Shown one piece after another: positions 39,393 to 50,301 of a DNA stretch of 64,000 nt (position 1 is the first letter of the stretch; the number at the start of each line of letters is the position of its first letter). The translations under genes were made by a program, and so were the position numbers. Origin of the DNA: an uncultured Chloroflexia bacterium (GTDB lineage Bacteria > Chloroflexota > Limnocylindria > Limnocylindrales > CSP1-4); NCBI GenBank assembly GCA_963749735.1, contig CAVVNZ010000003.1:96300-160299 (forward strand), in the 5' to 3' direction. Below the pieces are notes generated by a model. It had not been told where the DNA came from and searched no databases. It worked only from the letters and a program-made list of their open reading frames with translations.

Positions 39393-40625
39393 ATGAGTGG
39401 CACGGGCGATCCGCGGACCGACGCTCCCGACGGGACCGGCACACCTGCCGTCGCCGGATCGGTCGGGGACGCCGCGTCGTCCGCGGATGCCTCGACGACC
39501 GGCGCGGCGCCGGCCGGGGTCGCCGAGACCAAACCGCCGAGCCGGCGGGACGCGATCCTCCGGATCGGGATCGTCGTCGGCGTCCTGGTCGTGGTCTTCG
39601 GGATCATCCTTCCGCGCTACATCGACTACCAGGACGTCATCGCGACGCTGCAGGGCCTGACCTTCCAGCAGTTCCTCGTCGTCGGGGTCTTCGGCCTGAT
39701 CGCCTGGGTCCTGACCGGAGCGATCTTCGCCGAGCTCATCCCCGGGCTCGGGTTCATCCGTGGGACGCAGGCCTACCTGATCCTGACCGGGATCGGCGCG
39801 AGCATCCCGCTCGGACCGTGGAACATGGCCGTGCTGTGGGTGGTCATCCGCGGTTGGGGCCTGCCGCTCCAGACGACGACCGGCGGGATCCTCCTCTACG
39901 GGATCTTCGATCAGCTGAGCCGATTCGGGCTGATGGCGATCGCCGGCGTCTTCCTGTTCATCGCCGAGGGTCTCAACCGCGGAGTCTCCGTCGAGACGGG
40001 GCTGATCACGACCTTCATGGTCATCGGGCTCGGCCTGTTCATCCTCCTCGGCGGCGGGCTCGTCCTCGTCGTCCGATCCGAGCGGCTCGCCCGCAAGATC
40101 GGCCGGATCGCGGAGCGTGTCGTCGGCGCCGTCCTCCGCCGGATCGAGCGGACCGTCCCCGACATCGAGGGCAGCCTGGTCAAGTTCCGGGTCACGCTCG
40201 GCGATACGGTCCAGCAGCGCGGCGTCGCGTCGTTCATCACCGCGATGCTGTCGAAGTTCGCCTGGGCGCTGCTGATGATCGTGTCGATGCGGGTCGTGGG
40301 CGTGACCGAGCAGGAGCTGCCCGCCTCGATCATCTTCGCGGGCGTGGCGGCCGTCTTCGTCATCACCGTGTTGCCGATCTCGCCGGGCGGCGCGGGCGTC
40401 CCCGACCTGCTCTACATCTCGTTCTACACCACGTACACCGGCGGCGCCGAGAGCTCGGCGATCAGCGCCGCGGTCATGCTCTTCCGCGCCTTCCAGTGGT
40501 TCCTGCCGATCCCGATCAGCTGGGTGCTCCTGGGGATCTCCCGCCGGGGCAAGTCGCTCCTGCCGACGAAGGCGGAGTTCAGCGGGTCCGAGCCCATCCC
40601 GAACGTCGCTCCCGTCAGCGGCTGA
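39393..40625 (+). CDS. Lysylphosphatidylglycerol-synthase-TM-domain-like (flippase-like, YbhN family) membrane protein
   Basis: Intact ORF (track 39252..40625; ATG 39393 chosen for its RBS). It has 8 or more TM helices and an architecture typical of PF03706. Confidence 0.65.
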   Translation: MSGTGDPRTDAPDGTGTPAVAGSVGDAASSADASTTGAAPAGVAETKPPSRRDAILRIGIVVGVLVVVFGIILPRYIDYQDVIATLQGLTFQQFLVVGVFGLIAWVLTGAIFAELIPGLGFIRGTQAYLILTGIGASIPLGPWNMAVLWVVIRGWGLPLQTTTGGILLYGIFDQLSRFGLMAIAGVFLFIAEGLNRGVSVETGLITTFMVIGLGLFILLGGGLVLVVRSERLARKIGRIAERVVGAVLRRIERTVPDIEGSLVKFRVTLGDTVQQRGVASFITAMLSKFAWALLMIVSMRVVGVTEQELPASIIFAGVAAVFVITVLPISPGGAGVPDLLYISFYTTYTGGAESSAISAAVMLFRAFQWFLPIPISWVLLGISRRGKSLLPTKAEFSGSEPIPNVAPVSG

Positions 40626-40713
40626 CCGTCAGCCCGGGGCCTGCGGCGCCTGCCGTGGGTCTGGCGCGTCGGGACCGAGCGATCTCGCACGGACCGGCTG
40701 CTACCCTGCCCCG

Positions 40714-41540
40714 ATGGAACGACACGTCGACGTCCCGGGCGGTCAGCTGTTCGCGGTGAGCGACGGAGACGGGCCGCCGATCGTCCTCATCCACGCGGCC
40801 ATCGTCGATCACCGAGCCTGGGACGCGGTCGTCCTGCCGCTGGTCGCCGCGGGCTATCGGGGCCATCCGGTACGACCTTCGGGGGTTCGGCCGGTCGGCG
40901 ACCGACGACGTCGAGTTCAGCAACCGGGCGGACGTCATCGCGGTGCTCGACGCCTTCGGGATCGGTCGGGCGGTCCTCGTCGGCAACAGCCGCGGTGGGC
41001 AGATCGCCCTTGACACGGCGATCGAGTTCCCCGACCGGATCGCCGCGGTGGTCGGGGTCGGCGGCGGGGCTCGGTGGGTTCGAGGGCGAGCCGACCGCCG
41101 ACGAGGACGCCGCCTTCGACGAGATGGATCGGCTCGAGAGCGCCGAGCCGATCGACGTCGACGCGATGGTCGAGCTCGACCTGCGGATGTGGGTGTACGG
41201 GCTCGGTCAACCCGCCGATCGCGTCCCTGCATCGATCGCCGAGGCAGTCCGGACGATGGATCGGCCGCAGTACGCCGCCGGCCACGTCGACGGCCGGCCC
41301 ATCCGACTCTTGCCGCCGGCCGCCGAGCGGCTCGCCGAGCTGCGCTGTCCGGTCCTGGCGGTGGTCGGTGCGCTCGACATCTCCCACCTCGCCCAGACGG
41401 CCGCCCACCTCGAGACGCACGCGCCGGATGCCCGCGCGGTGCTCATCCCGGACGTCGCTCATCTGGTCGGGATGGAGGTCCCCGAGGAGCTGGCGGCGCT
41501 CATCGTCGGGTTCGTGGCACCGCTCGAGCGGTGGGGCTGA
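40714..41540 (+). CDS. Alpha/beta-fold hydrolase, two frame disruptions
   Basis: PPIVLIHAAIV, the nucleophile elbow GNSRGG, and C-terminal PDVAHLVGMEVPEE are spread over track ORFs 40714.., 40943.. and 40995..41540. Confidence 0.7.
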
Positions 41541-41547
41541 CGGTCGG

Positions 41548-43772
41548 TCAGACCGCCTCGAGCACGAACAATCGCGCCCAGAAGTCGCCCCAACGAGCCG
41601 CTGCGTGGCGTTCCGCCGCGAGGAGCAGACCGGTCGCCATGAGATCGTCGCCGCCGCGGACGAGCGCGTTCGCACGTTCGACGCCGTCGCCGGTGGAGGG
41701 CCACAGCGCGACCTGGTACGCGGCCGCGGGGTCGAGTCCGCGGAGCGGCACCCGGTCGGGTCCCGGAACGGGCCGGTTCAGTGCCCGGTAGACCCCGACG
41801 ATGGCCTGCCGCCGATCGGGCGAGACCACCATCCAGGCCGTCGCGTTGCCGTCGCCCTCGAACGGGCTCTCCAGCCGGACGAACCGTCCGCGCTGGAGCA
41901 GCTCGCGGTGCGCCTTGTAGAACGCGATCTGCTCGATGACCTCGTGACGCTCCGCTGCGGAGAAGCGGGTCGGATCCAGCTCGTAGCCGAAGACCCCGAA
42001 GAAGGCGACCGCCGCCCGGGTCGCCAGCGGCGTGATCCGCCCGGTCTGGTGGTTCGGGACGGCGGCGACGTGCGCTCCCATCGAGCTGAGCGGGTAGACC
42101 AGCGAGGTCCCCCACTGGATGCGCAGCCGCTCGACGGCGTCCGTGTCGTCGCTCGTCCAGGTCTGCGGCGCGAAGGCCAGCATCCCCGGATCGAACCGGC
42201 CGCCACCGCTGGCACATGACTCGAACAGGATCTCGGGGAACGCCGCCGACAGGCGCCGGTACAGGTCGTACACGCCGAGGATGTAGCGGTGGAAGAACTC
42301 GCCCTGTCGATCCGCCGGCAGGGCGAGGCTGTACGGCTCGGTGATGTTCCGGTTCATGTCCCACTTCACGTAGGACACCGGCGCGTCGGTCAGGACAGCC
42401 GACAGCGCGCCGAACAGGTGATCCACCACCTCCGGGCGGGACATGTCGAGGACGAGCTGCTGGCGGGACTCGGTCCGGGCGCGTCCGGGCACGCCGATCG
42501 CCCAGTCGGGATGGTCGGCGAACAGCCGGCTGCGCTCGCTGACCATCTCGGGCTCGATCCACAGCCCGAACCGGAGCCCGAGCGCCTCGACCTTGGTCGC
42601 GAGGCCGTCGATCCCGTCCGGGAGCTTCCGCCGGTCGACGACCCAGTCGCCGAGCGACGTCGTGTCGTCGTCTCGCCGTCCGAACCAGCCGTCGTCGAGG
42701 ACGAACAGCTCGATGCCGAGATCACGGGAGGCGGCGGCCATCTCGAGCAGCTTCGTCTCGTCGAAGTCGAAGTAGGTGCCCTCCCAGTTGTTGATCAGCA
42801 CGGGTCGCGGCCGGTCGCGCCACGTCCCCCGGGCCAGGCGTTCGCGATAGAGGACGTGGTAGGCGTCGCTCAGGCCGCCGAGGCCCGCGTCGGAGTAGGC
42901 GAGGACGGCCTCCGGCAGCTCGAGCTCCGTCCCCGGGATCGAGCCGCCAGCGGAACGCCTCGGGGGCGATCCCCAGGCGGACCCGGGTCGTCCCCTGGGC
43001 GTCGACGTCCGCCTCGGCCAGGAAGTTGCCCGAGTAGACCAGGCTGAACCCGTACGCCTCTCCCCGATCCTCCGTGGTCGTCGCTCTGCGGAGCGCGATG
43101 AACGGGTTGTGCTGGGCGCCGGAGGCCCCGCGGAGGCTGCCGACCGACTGGCGGCCGGGCACGAGCGGGCGCTCGACGAGATGCCGCTCGCGAGCCCACG
43201 TCCCGCTGAGCTGGACGAACCGCCAGTCCGAGTCGGCAAGGTCCAGCGACGCGCTCATCGCGCAGGTCAGGTGGAGCGGGGCCGCTCCCCCGTTGCGCAC
43301 GACCATGCTCCGGGTGACGATCGGCAGGTCACGGAAGACCGAGTAGGCGAGGCGGACCTCGGTGCCGGTCGGTCCGTCCGCCAGGACGATCTCGACGGTG
43401 TCGGCCTCCGCGTCGGCCTCGACGTAGGTGCACGGCAGCGTGGCAAGGCTCGGCTTTCCCGCCACGATCCGATGGCTGACGTAGGTCAGGTCGAGGACCG
43501 TCGAGCCGTCGGGGCCCTCGAGCGTCAATGCCGGGCACCCGGAAGTCCCCGACGCCGGCGATCGGGAGCTCGAGGGCGACCGGATCGTCGAGCCGGTTGG
43601 TGAACCCGTGGAACGGACCGAGTCCGAGGTGGGCGTACGACCGCTCCGCGCTCAGCCGGGGCCCGAAATGGAGGTGGCCGAGGGCGTCGTTCTCGAGGAC
43701 CCGCATGACGTAGCTGATCGTCGCGTTGTGGAGGTGGAGCTGGCGCGCATCCGGATCCCAGCCGATCGGCAT
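41548..43772 (-). CDS. Alpha-galactosidase (GH36), frameshifted near 43100-43500
   Basis: The N-terminus reads MPIGWDPDARQLHLHNATISYVMRVLENDALGHLHFG. The catalytic region reads NNWEGTYFDF, LFVLDDGWFGRRDDD, KWDMNR and CASGGGR. The start lies 2 nt after the lacZ stop. Confidence 0.8.
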
Positions 43773-43773
43773 G

Positions 43774-46700
43774 TCAGCTGCCGGTCGTGGGTCGCAGGGT
43801 CCAGGACCAGCGGTACGTCCCGGGACCGACCAGGTACTCGGGCAGCGTGTCCGGCCCGCAGCTCGCGGTCCCCAGGCCGCGGTGGACCGCGTCGATGTGG
43901 ACGACCGTCTCGGCCCTCGGGGTCAGCTCGACATCGTGCAGCGCCGCGTCGAGGTCCTCGGCGCGGAAGTGCGTCGCCGACACCTGGCGCGGCCGGTCGA
44001 GCGTCACCCGAAGGCCGCGGCCGTCCGCGTCACGAAGCTCGAACCACCGGACGTCGGCGCGCCCACCGCTCTCCTGGGGCCGGACGTACGGCGTGTAGAG
44101 GTCGCCGACCGTCGACCGCCACCGACCGACGAGGCCGCCGCGCCGGCGGTCCGGGTACGTCTCGTGCGGTCCGGTCCCGAACCATTCGGCCTGCTCCATG
44201 CCGGGGATGACCTCGAAGACCGTCCCGACGCGCGGCAGGTCCGGCAATCCGTCCGGGATCACCGCGACCTCGTCCACCAGGACGGCGCCGTCACCGAGCC
44301 CCTGAATGGTCTGGACGTGCTCCACCACGATGCCGGTCGCCGTGCGGTGCTCGCTGGTGACGACGACCGCGCCGGCGGTCCGCTCGACCGACACGAGCCG
44401 GCGGGTGACGCGGTCGAGCCCGACCGCCGTCCAGCCGGCGACGATCCCGCCGTATCGATCGTTCTCGGTCGGCGCGCGCCACAACGCGAGGGTGGGTGGG
44501 GCGGCCAGCAGTGGGTGGACGAGCCGACCCTCGGCGTCGACCTCGACCTCGCCCTTCTGGCCCTCGGCCGGCTCGGCAGCGACCCGCGCCGTGTCGACCC
44601 CGCTCCCGACGGCGATCTGGGCCGACGCGACCTCGAACCCCTCGGGGGCCCACGACTCGGCGCCGGCCGTCTCGAACCGGATCGTCAGCCAGGCCTCGGT
44701 CCCGGGTGGGAGCGAGGGATCGGTCCAGCCGGACAGGAGCGCGGCGCCGCGGTCCCCCGGCCCGACGTCCGGGAGGACGACCGCGCCGGACCCGGCGGGC
44801 TCGCCGTCGATGGCGAGCTCCCAGTGCGCGCGCAACCAGCCGAGATCGCGGAACGCCTGGCGATTGACCACCTCGACGATCCCGGCCCGCCGGTCGTGCA
44901 GCCCGGTCGGGCGCACCGGCGCCGCCAGGTGCTTGTGCTCCCACATCGCCGGCTTCGGACGGCGGTCGGGCCAGACCAGGCCGTCCAGGCAGAAGCTGCC
45001 GTCGTTGGGCCGGTCCCCGAAATCGCCGCCGTAGGCCCAGCGCTTCGTCCCGTCGGGCAACGTCTGGACCAGCCCGTGATCCCAGAACTCCCAGATGAAC
45101 CCGCCCTGGAGGCCCGGGGTCGACTCGATCGCGTCCCAGTACTCGGCGAGCGTCCCGTTGCTGTTGCCCATCGCGTGCTGGAACTCGCACATGATCAGGG
45201 GGTGGCGCTGGAGCCCCGACCGAGCGTGCCCCACGATGGCCGAGATCGGCGGGTACATCGGGCAGGTCACGTCGCTGATGCCCTGGTCGCTCGACCAGTC
45301 GTAGCGGATCGCGCCCTCGTAGTGCAGCGGGCGGGACGGATCGTAGCGTCGGAGCCAGCCGGCCGCCGCCTCGTGGTTCAGGCCGTGGCCCGACTCGTTG
45401 CCGAGCGACCACAGGATCACCGAGGGGTGGTTCTTGTCGCGGGTCGCCATCCGCGACACGCGGTCGACCCACGCTCCGAGGTAGCGCGGATCGTCGGACA
45501 ACGTGCTCTGGAACGCGTGCGACTCGATGTCGGCCTCGTCGACGACATACAGCCCGAGCTCATCGGTCAGCTCGAGGAACGCGGGGTCGTTCGGGTAGTG
45601 CGAGGTGCGGACGGCATTGAAGCCGAACTGCTTCATCAGGACGAGCTCGGCGCGCATCTGGTCGCGGGTCACGGTCCGGCCGGTGTGCTGGTCGAAGTCG
45701 TGGCGGTTGACCCCGCGGATGAACACGCGCTCGCCGTTGACGAGCAGGTCGAGCCCGTCGATCTCGACCCGGCGGAACCCGATCCGGAGGGTGGTCTCCT
45801 CGGCGACGGCGCCGTCCGGTGCGCGCAGCCGTACGGTCAGCGCATGGAGGTGCGGCTCCTCGGCCGACCAGCGGGCGACCTCGGGCAGCTCGACCCGCCA
45901 GGTCACGGCCCCGTCGAGCCCGGGGGTCATCCGCGGATGGAGGTCCGACCACGCGGCGGCATCGTCGTCCGTGAGCGGCAGTCGGGCCGCGGCCCGGAAC
46001 ATCAGGTCCTGGACGCCTCGGGTCCAGGCCCGCAGCCCGGCCCGGTCGACGACCGGCGCGTCGGCCCGCAGATCGGCGAGGCCGTCCCCGAGACGCGCCT
46101 CGACGACCCAGCCGGCCTCGAGCGCATCGCCCGGGAACCCCAGCGCGACCGTCAGCGCGAGCGATCCGGTCGCCAGGTCGTCGGCCAGCCCCGCATCCGC
46201 CCGGACATCGGCGAGATGGACGGGCCCGGTGACGTAGAGGTACACGGACCGGGTCAAGCCGCCGTGCCACCACTGGTCCTGGTCCTCGATGAACGTCGCG
46301 TCGGACCACTTCACGACCCGCAGGGTGAGGGTGTTCGTCCCCGGCCGGACGAGGTCGGTCACGTCGAACTCGGCCGCCAGGTGCGAGTCCTTGCTGATCC
46401 CGACCTCGAGATCGTTGAGCCGGGCGATGAGCACGCTCTCGGCCGCCCCGACATGGAGGACCGTCCGCCGCCCGACCCAATCGGCCGGCAGCTCGAAGGT
46501 CCGCTCGTAGAGTCCCGTGGGGTTCGCCTCGGGAACGGCCGGGGGAAGGCCGTCGAACGGCATCTGGACGTTGGTGTAGTGGGGCAGATCGGCGAAGCCC
46601 TGCATCGTCCAGGCGCCCGGGACGACGATCTCGGCCCAGGTCGGCCCCGGATCGAGGTCCGGTCGGCCGAGGAGCTGGAACCGCCATCGGCCGTCGAGCT

Positions 46701-46785
46701 CCAGCCGGTCCGCGTGCACCAGGCTGTGCATCGGGAGCCGCCCGAGCTGGACCAGCTCGGGGGCGATCCAGGGGTCTCGGTCCAT
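43774..46785 (-). CDS. lacZ: Beta-galactosidase (GH2, LacZ-like), intact 1003 aa
   Basis: Motifs include the RTSHYPN region, ILWSLGNESG, CEFQHAMGNS and C-terminal domain 5. It is co-directional and contiguous with the GH36 gene. Confidence 0.9.
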   Translation of the reverse strand: MDRDPWIAPELVQLGRLPMHSLVHADRLELDGRWRFQLLGRPDLDPGPTWAEIVVPGAWTMQGFADLPHYTNVQMPFDGLPPAVPEANPTGLYERTFELPADWVGRRTVLHVGAAESVLIARLNDLEVGISKDSHLAAEFDVTDLVRPGTNTLTLRVVKWSDATFIEDQDQWWHGGLTRSVYLYVTGPVHLADVRADAGLADDLATGSLALTVALGFPGDALEAGWVVEARLGDGLADLRADAPVVDRAGLRAWTRGVQDLMFRAAARLPLTDDDAAAWSDLHPRMTPGLDGAVTWRVELPEVARWSAEEPHLHALTVRLRAPDGAVAEETTLRIGFRRVEIDGLDLLVNGERVFIRGVNRHDFDQHTGRTVTRDQMRAELVLMKQFGFNAVRTSHYPNDPAFLELTDELGLYVVDEADIESHAFQSTLSDDPRYLGAWVDRVSRMATRDKNHPSVILWSLGNESGHGLNHEAAAGWLRRYDPSRPLHYEGAIRYDWSSDQGISDVTCPMYPPISAIVGHARSGLQRHPLIMCEFQHAMGNSNGTLAEYWDAIESTPGLQGGFIWEFWDHGLVQTLPDGTKRWAYGGDFGDRPNDGSFCLDGLVWPDRRPKPAMWEHKHLAAPVRPTGLHDRRAGIVEVVNRQAFRDLGWLRAHWELAIDGEPAGSGAVVLPDVGPGDRGAALLSGWTDPSLPPGTEAWLTIRFETAGAESWAPEGFEVASAQIAVGSGVDTARVAAEPAEGQKGEVEVDAEGRLVHPLLAAPPTLALWRAPTENDRYGGIVAGWTAVGLDRVTRRLVSVERTAGAVVVTSEHRTATGIVVEHVQTIQGLGDGAVLVDEVAVIPDGLPDLPRVGTVFEVIPGMEQAEWFGTGPHETYPDRRRGGLVGRWRSTVGDLYTPYVRPQESGGRADVRWFELRDADGRGLRVTLDRPRQVSATHFRAEDLDAALHDVELTPRAETVVHIDAVHRGLGTASCGPDTLPEYLVGPGTYRWSWTLRPTTGS

Positions 46786-46880
46786 CGCTCGAAGTCTAGC
46801 CGACGAGGGCTGCCGGCTCGAGGGTCACGGGCCCACGGACCGGCTCCCGACTTGCGTCATCCGGGGACTCCCGGCACCCT

Positions 46881-48503
46881 GTGTCGATGCGCAAGCGTCA
46901 GATCGCCGCCCTGTTCCTCGCCCTGCTGTTCCTGTTCGGCCTGCTGGCCGAGGCGGCCGATGCAGCCTCCCCGGCCGAAGCGAACTTCCCGCCGAGCGAC
47001 TCCCGGTACCACAACTATCCCGAGATGGTCGCCGAGATCATGGCCGCGCAGGCCGCCTATCCCGACCTGGTCTCGGTCTTCTCGATCGGCAAGAGCTACC
47101 AGGGCCGCGATATCTGGGTGGCCAAGGTGTCCGACCACGTCGCGACCGACGAGGCCGAGCCAGAGGTCCTGATCGACGCCCTCCACCACGCCCGGGAGCA
47201 CCTGACGACGGAGCAGGCGCTCTACCTGCTCAAGGTCCTGACGACGGGCTACGCGACCGACAGCCTGGTCAAGCGACTGGTCGACAGCCGCGAGATCTTC
47301 ATCGTCTTCGCGCTCAATCCGGACGGCATGCAGTACGACCTGACCGGCTCCCCGTTCCGGGCCTGGCGCAAGAACCGTCAGCCGAATGTCGGGACGGGCA
47401 CCGTCGGCACCGATCTCAACCGGAACTACGCCTACGACTGGGGCTGCTGTCGCGGGTCGTCCGGGTCGCCCGGCTCGCTCACCTATCGCGGCAAGAAGGC
47501 GTTCTCCGCACCCGAGACCCAGGCGCTGCGCGATTTCGTCCAGAGCCGGGTGATCGACGGTCGCCAGCAGATCGTGATGCACATCACCCTGCACACCAAC
47601 GGCGAGCTGGTCCTCTGGCCGTACGGCCACACGCGGACCGATGTCCCGGCGGACATGACCCGGACCGACCACGCGGCGTTCGTCGCGCTCGGCAAGCGGA
47701 TGGCCCAGCGCAACGGCTATAAGCCCGAGCAGTCGAGCGACCTGTACATCACCGACGGCGACCAGATCGACTGGATGTACGGCCGGTATCGGATCTTCTC
47801 GTTCACCTGGGAGCTGTACCCGACCGAGCACCACCGGACCTCCGACTTCTACCCGCCCGACGAGCGGATCGCGGCCGCGGTCGCCAACAACCGAACGGCG
47901 CTGCTGTACGCGATCGACAAGGCGGACTGCCCGTATTCGCCGATCTACCTGGCGAAGGCGGATTGCGGACCGCTGTACGACGACTTCGAGATCAATCGCG
48001 GTTGGACCCGCGATCCGGACGGGACCGACACCGCGACCGACGGGCTGTGGCAGATCGGCAACCCGACGGCGACCTCGATCCTGGGTCCCAAGCAGCTCGG
48101 AACGACCCGCTCCGGGCGAGCGGCGCTGGTGACCGGGCTGGCCGGGGTCAAGGGCACCGACGCCAACGACGTCGACGGTGGCACCACGACCATCCGGTCC
48201 GCGCCGATCTCGTTGCCCGATCCGGTCGGGGACCTGACCTTCTCCTACTACTTCTCCCACCGCTCGAACGCCACGTCGGCCGACTGGTTCCGGGTCTGGG
48301 TCGAGGCCGAGGATGGGACCCGGACGGTCGTCCGGGAGGAGCTCGGCAGGGCGACCGACGACGATGCGCGCTGGATCAGCGTCCGCGTGCCGATGACGCC
48401 GTGGGCCGGGCAGAAGGTCCGGATCGTCATCGGGGCCGCCGACGGAGGCGTCGACAGCCGGATCGAGGCCGCCGTCGACGACCTGCGGATCGAGCGGCCG
48501 TAG
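46881..48503 (+). CDS. Secreted M14-family zinc carboxypeptidase with a C-terminal beta-rich domain
   Basis: Signal peptide present. Zn ligands are HHAREH and DLNRNY; the NPDG motif is also present. Intact 540-aa ORF. Confidence 0.85.
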   Translation: MSMRKRQIAALFLALLFLFGLLAEAADAASPAEANFPPSDSRYHNYPEMVAEIMAAQAAYPDLVSVFSIGKSYQGRDIWVAKVSDHVATDEAEPEVLIDALHHAREHLTTEQALYLLKVLTTGYATDSLVKRLVDSREIFIVFALNPDGMQYDLTGSPFRAWRKNRQPNVGTGTVGTDLNRNYAYDWGCCRGSSGSPGSLTYRGKKAFSAPETQALRDFVQSRVIDGRQQIVMHITLHTNGELVLWPYGHTRTDVPADMTRTDHAAFVALGKRMAQRNGYKPEQSSDLYITDGDQIDWMYGRYRIFSFTWELYPTEHHRTSDFYPPDERIAAAVANNRTALLYAIDKADCPYSPIYLAKADCGPLYDDFEINRGWTRDPDGTDTATDGLWQIGNPTATSILGPKQLGTTRSGRAALVTGLAGVKGTDANDVDGGTTTIRSAPISLPDPVGDLTFSYYFSHRSNATSADWFRVWVEAEDGTRTVVREELGRATDDDARWISVRVPMTPWAGQKVRIVIGAADGGVDSRIEAAVDDLRIERP

Positions 48504-48564
48504 GCGCTCCGCTCGAGCCGGCGACGCCCCACAACGTCACGGGAGGGGCAGGACCGACGTCGGG

Positions 48565-50283
48565 GTGTCAGCGCGACGCGACGTCGCTACCATTCACGCC
48601 GGCCGCCCGATGCGGCAGATCGAGGAATCGACCACGAGCGACGACGAGCCCCCGCACCCCCTCCCCGAAGCCGATGGGCCTCCGCCAGGAGACGACGAGC
48701 CTCCGCCCGCACCGGGGCCGAAGTCCTCGCCCGAGCCTGTCGGCCGGGGCGTCGGGCCGACCTGGGCGTCGATCGTCGCCGGGGCGCTGATCCCCGGCCT
48801 CGGCCACCTGCTGCTCGGCCGGAGGCGGCTGGCCGCCCTCCTGTTCCTGCCCATCGCGGTCCTGGCCGGGGTGATCGCCGTCATCCTGGCCGTCTCGCCG
48901 GATCGGGCCGGCCTGGTCGGCGAGGCGCTGAGCCCGGACGTGCTGCTGGCGATCGTGGTCGTCGTCGCCGCGGTCGCCGTCTATCGGTTGATCGTGCTCG
49001 CGGCCACGGTCCGCCTGGCCGCCCGGGTCCGGCCGACGAACGCGATCGGCCGGCTCGGCCGGACGTTCCTGGCGACGCTCCTCGCGATCCTCGTCATCGC
49101 CCCGCACATCATCATCGGGGCCACGATCGAGGACACCAGGGAGACGGTCATCGCCGTGTTCGACCCGTCCGATCTCGGGGCGGGTCCGGCGGACGGCAGC
49201 GATCCGGGCGGCGCCGACGCGGTCCTTCCCCCGGTCGAGCCCGACGACACCGACGCCCCGAGCCCGACGCCCGGCCTGATCGGCGGACCGGTCGGGTCCA
49301 TCCCGCCGACGGCGAGCCCGACGCCGACCGCGAGCCCGAGCCCGACGCCGACGCCCGGCCCCGCCTGGGCGGCGAACGGCCGGCTCGACCTGCTCCTGAT
49401 CGGCGCGGACGCCGGCCCCGATCGTTGGAGCCTGCGGACCGACACGATGATCCTGCTGTCCGTGGACGTGGCCACCGGGCGCGCGGCGATGTTCGGGTTC
49501 CCGCGGAACATGACCGGAGCGCCGCTCCCGAAGGAGAGCGCCGGCGCGGTCCCGGGCGGTCGCTACCCGGGCCTGCTCAACTCGATCTATGTCTATGCCA
49601 ACGCGCACCCGGCCCAGTTCCCGGGCGGCAAGAACCGCGGCTTCCGGGCGATCGGCGGGACGATCCAGAAGCTCGCGGGCGTCCAGCTCGACGGCATCGC
49701 GGTGGTCAACCTGAACGGGTTCGTCCGGCTGGTCGATGCGGTCGGCGGCGTGACGATCACCATCCCGAACGCGCTCCACGACGACCGCTACCCGCTCGAG
49801 GACGGCAGCGGCGTCATCCCGATCGATTTCAAGGCTGGCAAGCAGCACCTCGACGGACACCGTGCACTGATGTACGCCCGATCCCGCCACCAGGACTCGG
49901 ACTACGGCCGGATGCGACGTCAGCAGGCGGTCCTGCTCGCCCTCCGGGCCAAGCTCAAGCCGTGCCGCTTGATCGACAAGATCCCGTCCCTGCTCAAGAT
50001 CGCGCGCGATGACGCGTGGACCAGTCTGTCGGTCCGCGACCTGCCCAGCCTGATGAGCCTCGCCACGCGGGTCGATGCCCGTCGGGTCAAGTCGCTGACG
50101 TTCGCCCCACCGAGCTACGGCGAGGCGATCACCGACGACGAGATCCGCCAGATCCACAAGACGGTGCGTGGGATCTTCCCGAGCCAGACACCGGACCCGA
50201 CCGCGACCCCGCCGCCGGTCCTTGCGCCGGATCCGGAGGATCCGACGCTGGCGCCGACCGAGGAAGCCGACCCCTGCGGGTAA
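48565..50283 (+). CDS. LCP-family (LytR-CpsA-Psr) cell-wall glycopolymer phosphotransferase, membrane-anchored
   Basis: TM helices and a Pro/Thr/Ser linker precede TDTMILLSVD, GHRALMYARSRHQDSDYGRMRRQQ and related motifs. Confidence 0.85.
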   Translation: MSARRDVATIHAGRPMRQIEESTTSDDEPPHPLPEADGPPPGDDEPPPAPGPKSSPEPVGRGVGPTWASIVAGALIPGLGHLLLGRRRLAALLFLPIAVLAGVIAVILAVSPDRAGLVGEALSPDVLLAIVVVVAAVAVYRLIVLAATVRLAARVRPTNAIGRLGRTFLATLLAILVIAPHIIIGATIEDTRETVIAVFDPSDLGAGPADGSDPGGADAVLPPVEPDDTDAPSPTPGLIGGPVGSIPPTASPTPTASPSPTPTPGPAWAANGRLDLLLIGADAGPDRWSLRTDTMILLSVDVATGRAAMFGFPRNMTGAPLPKESAGAVPGGRYPGLLNSIYVYANAHPAQFPGGKNRGFRAIGGTIQKLAGVQLDGIAVVNLNGFVRLVDAVGGVTITIPNALHDDRYPLEDGSGVIPIDFKAGKQHLDGHRALMYARSRHQDSDYGRMRRQQAVLLALRAKLKPCRLIDKIPSLLKIARDDAWTSLSVRDLPSLMSLATRVDARRVKSLTFAPPSYGEAITDDEIRQIHKTVRGIFPSQTPDPTATPPPVLAPDPEDPTLAPTEEADPCG

Positions 50284-50301
50284 GCGCGCCGGTGCCGCGG
50301 G

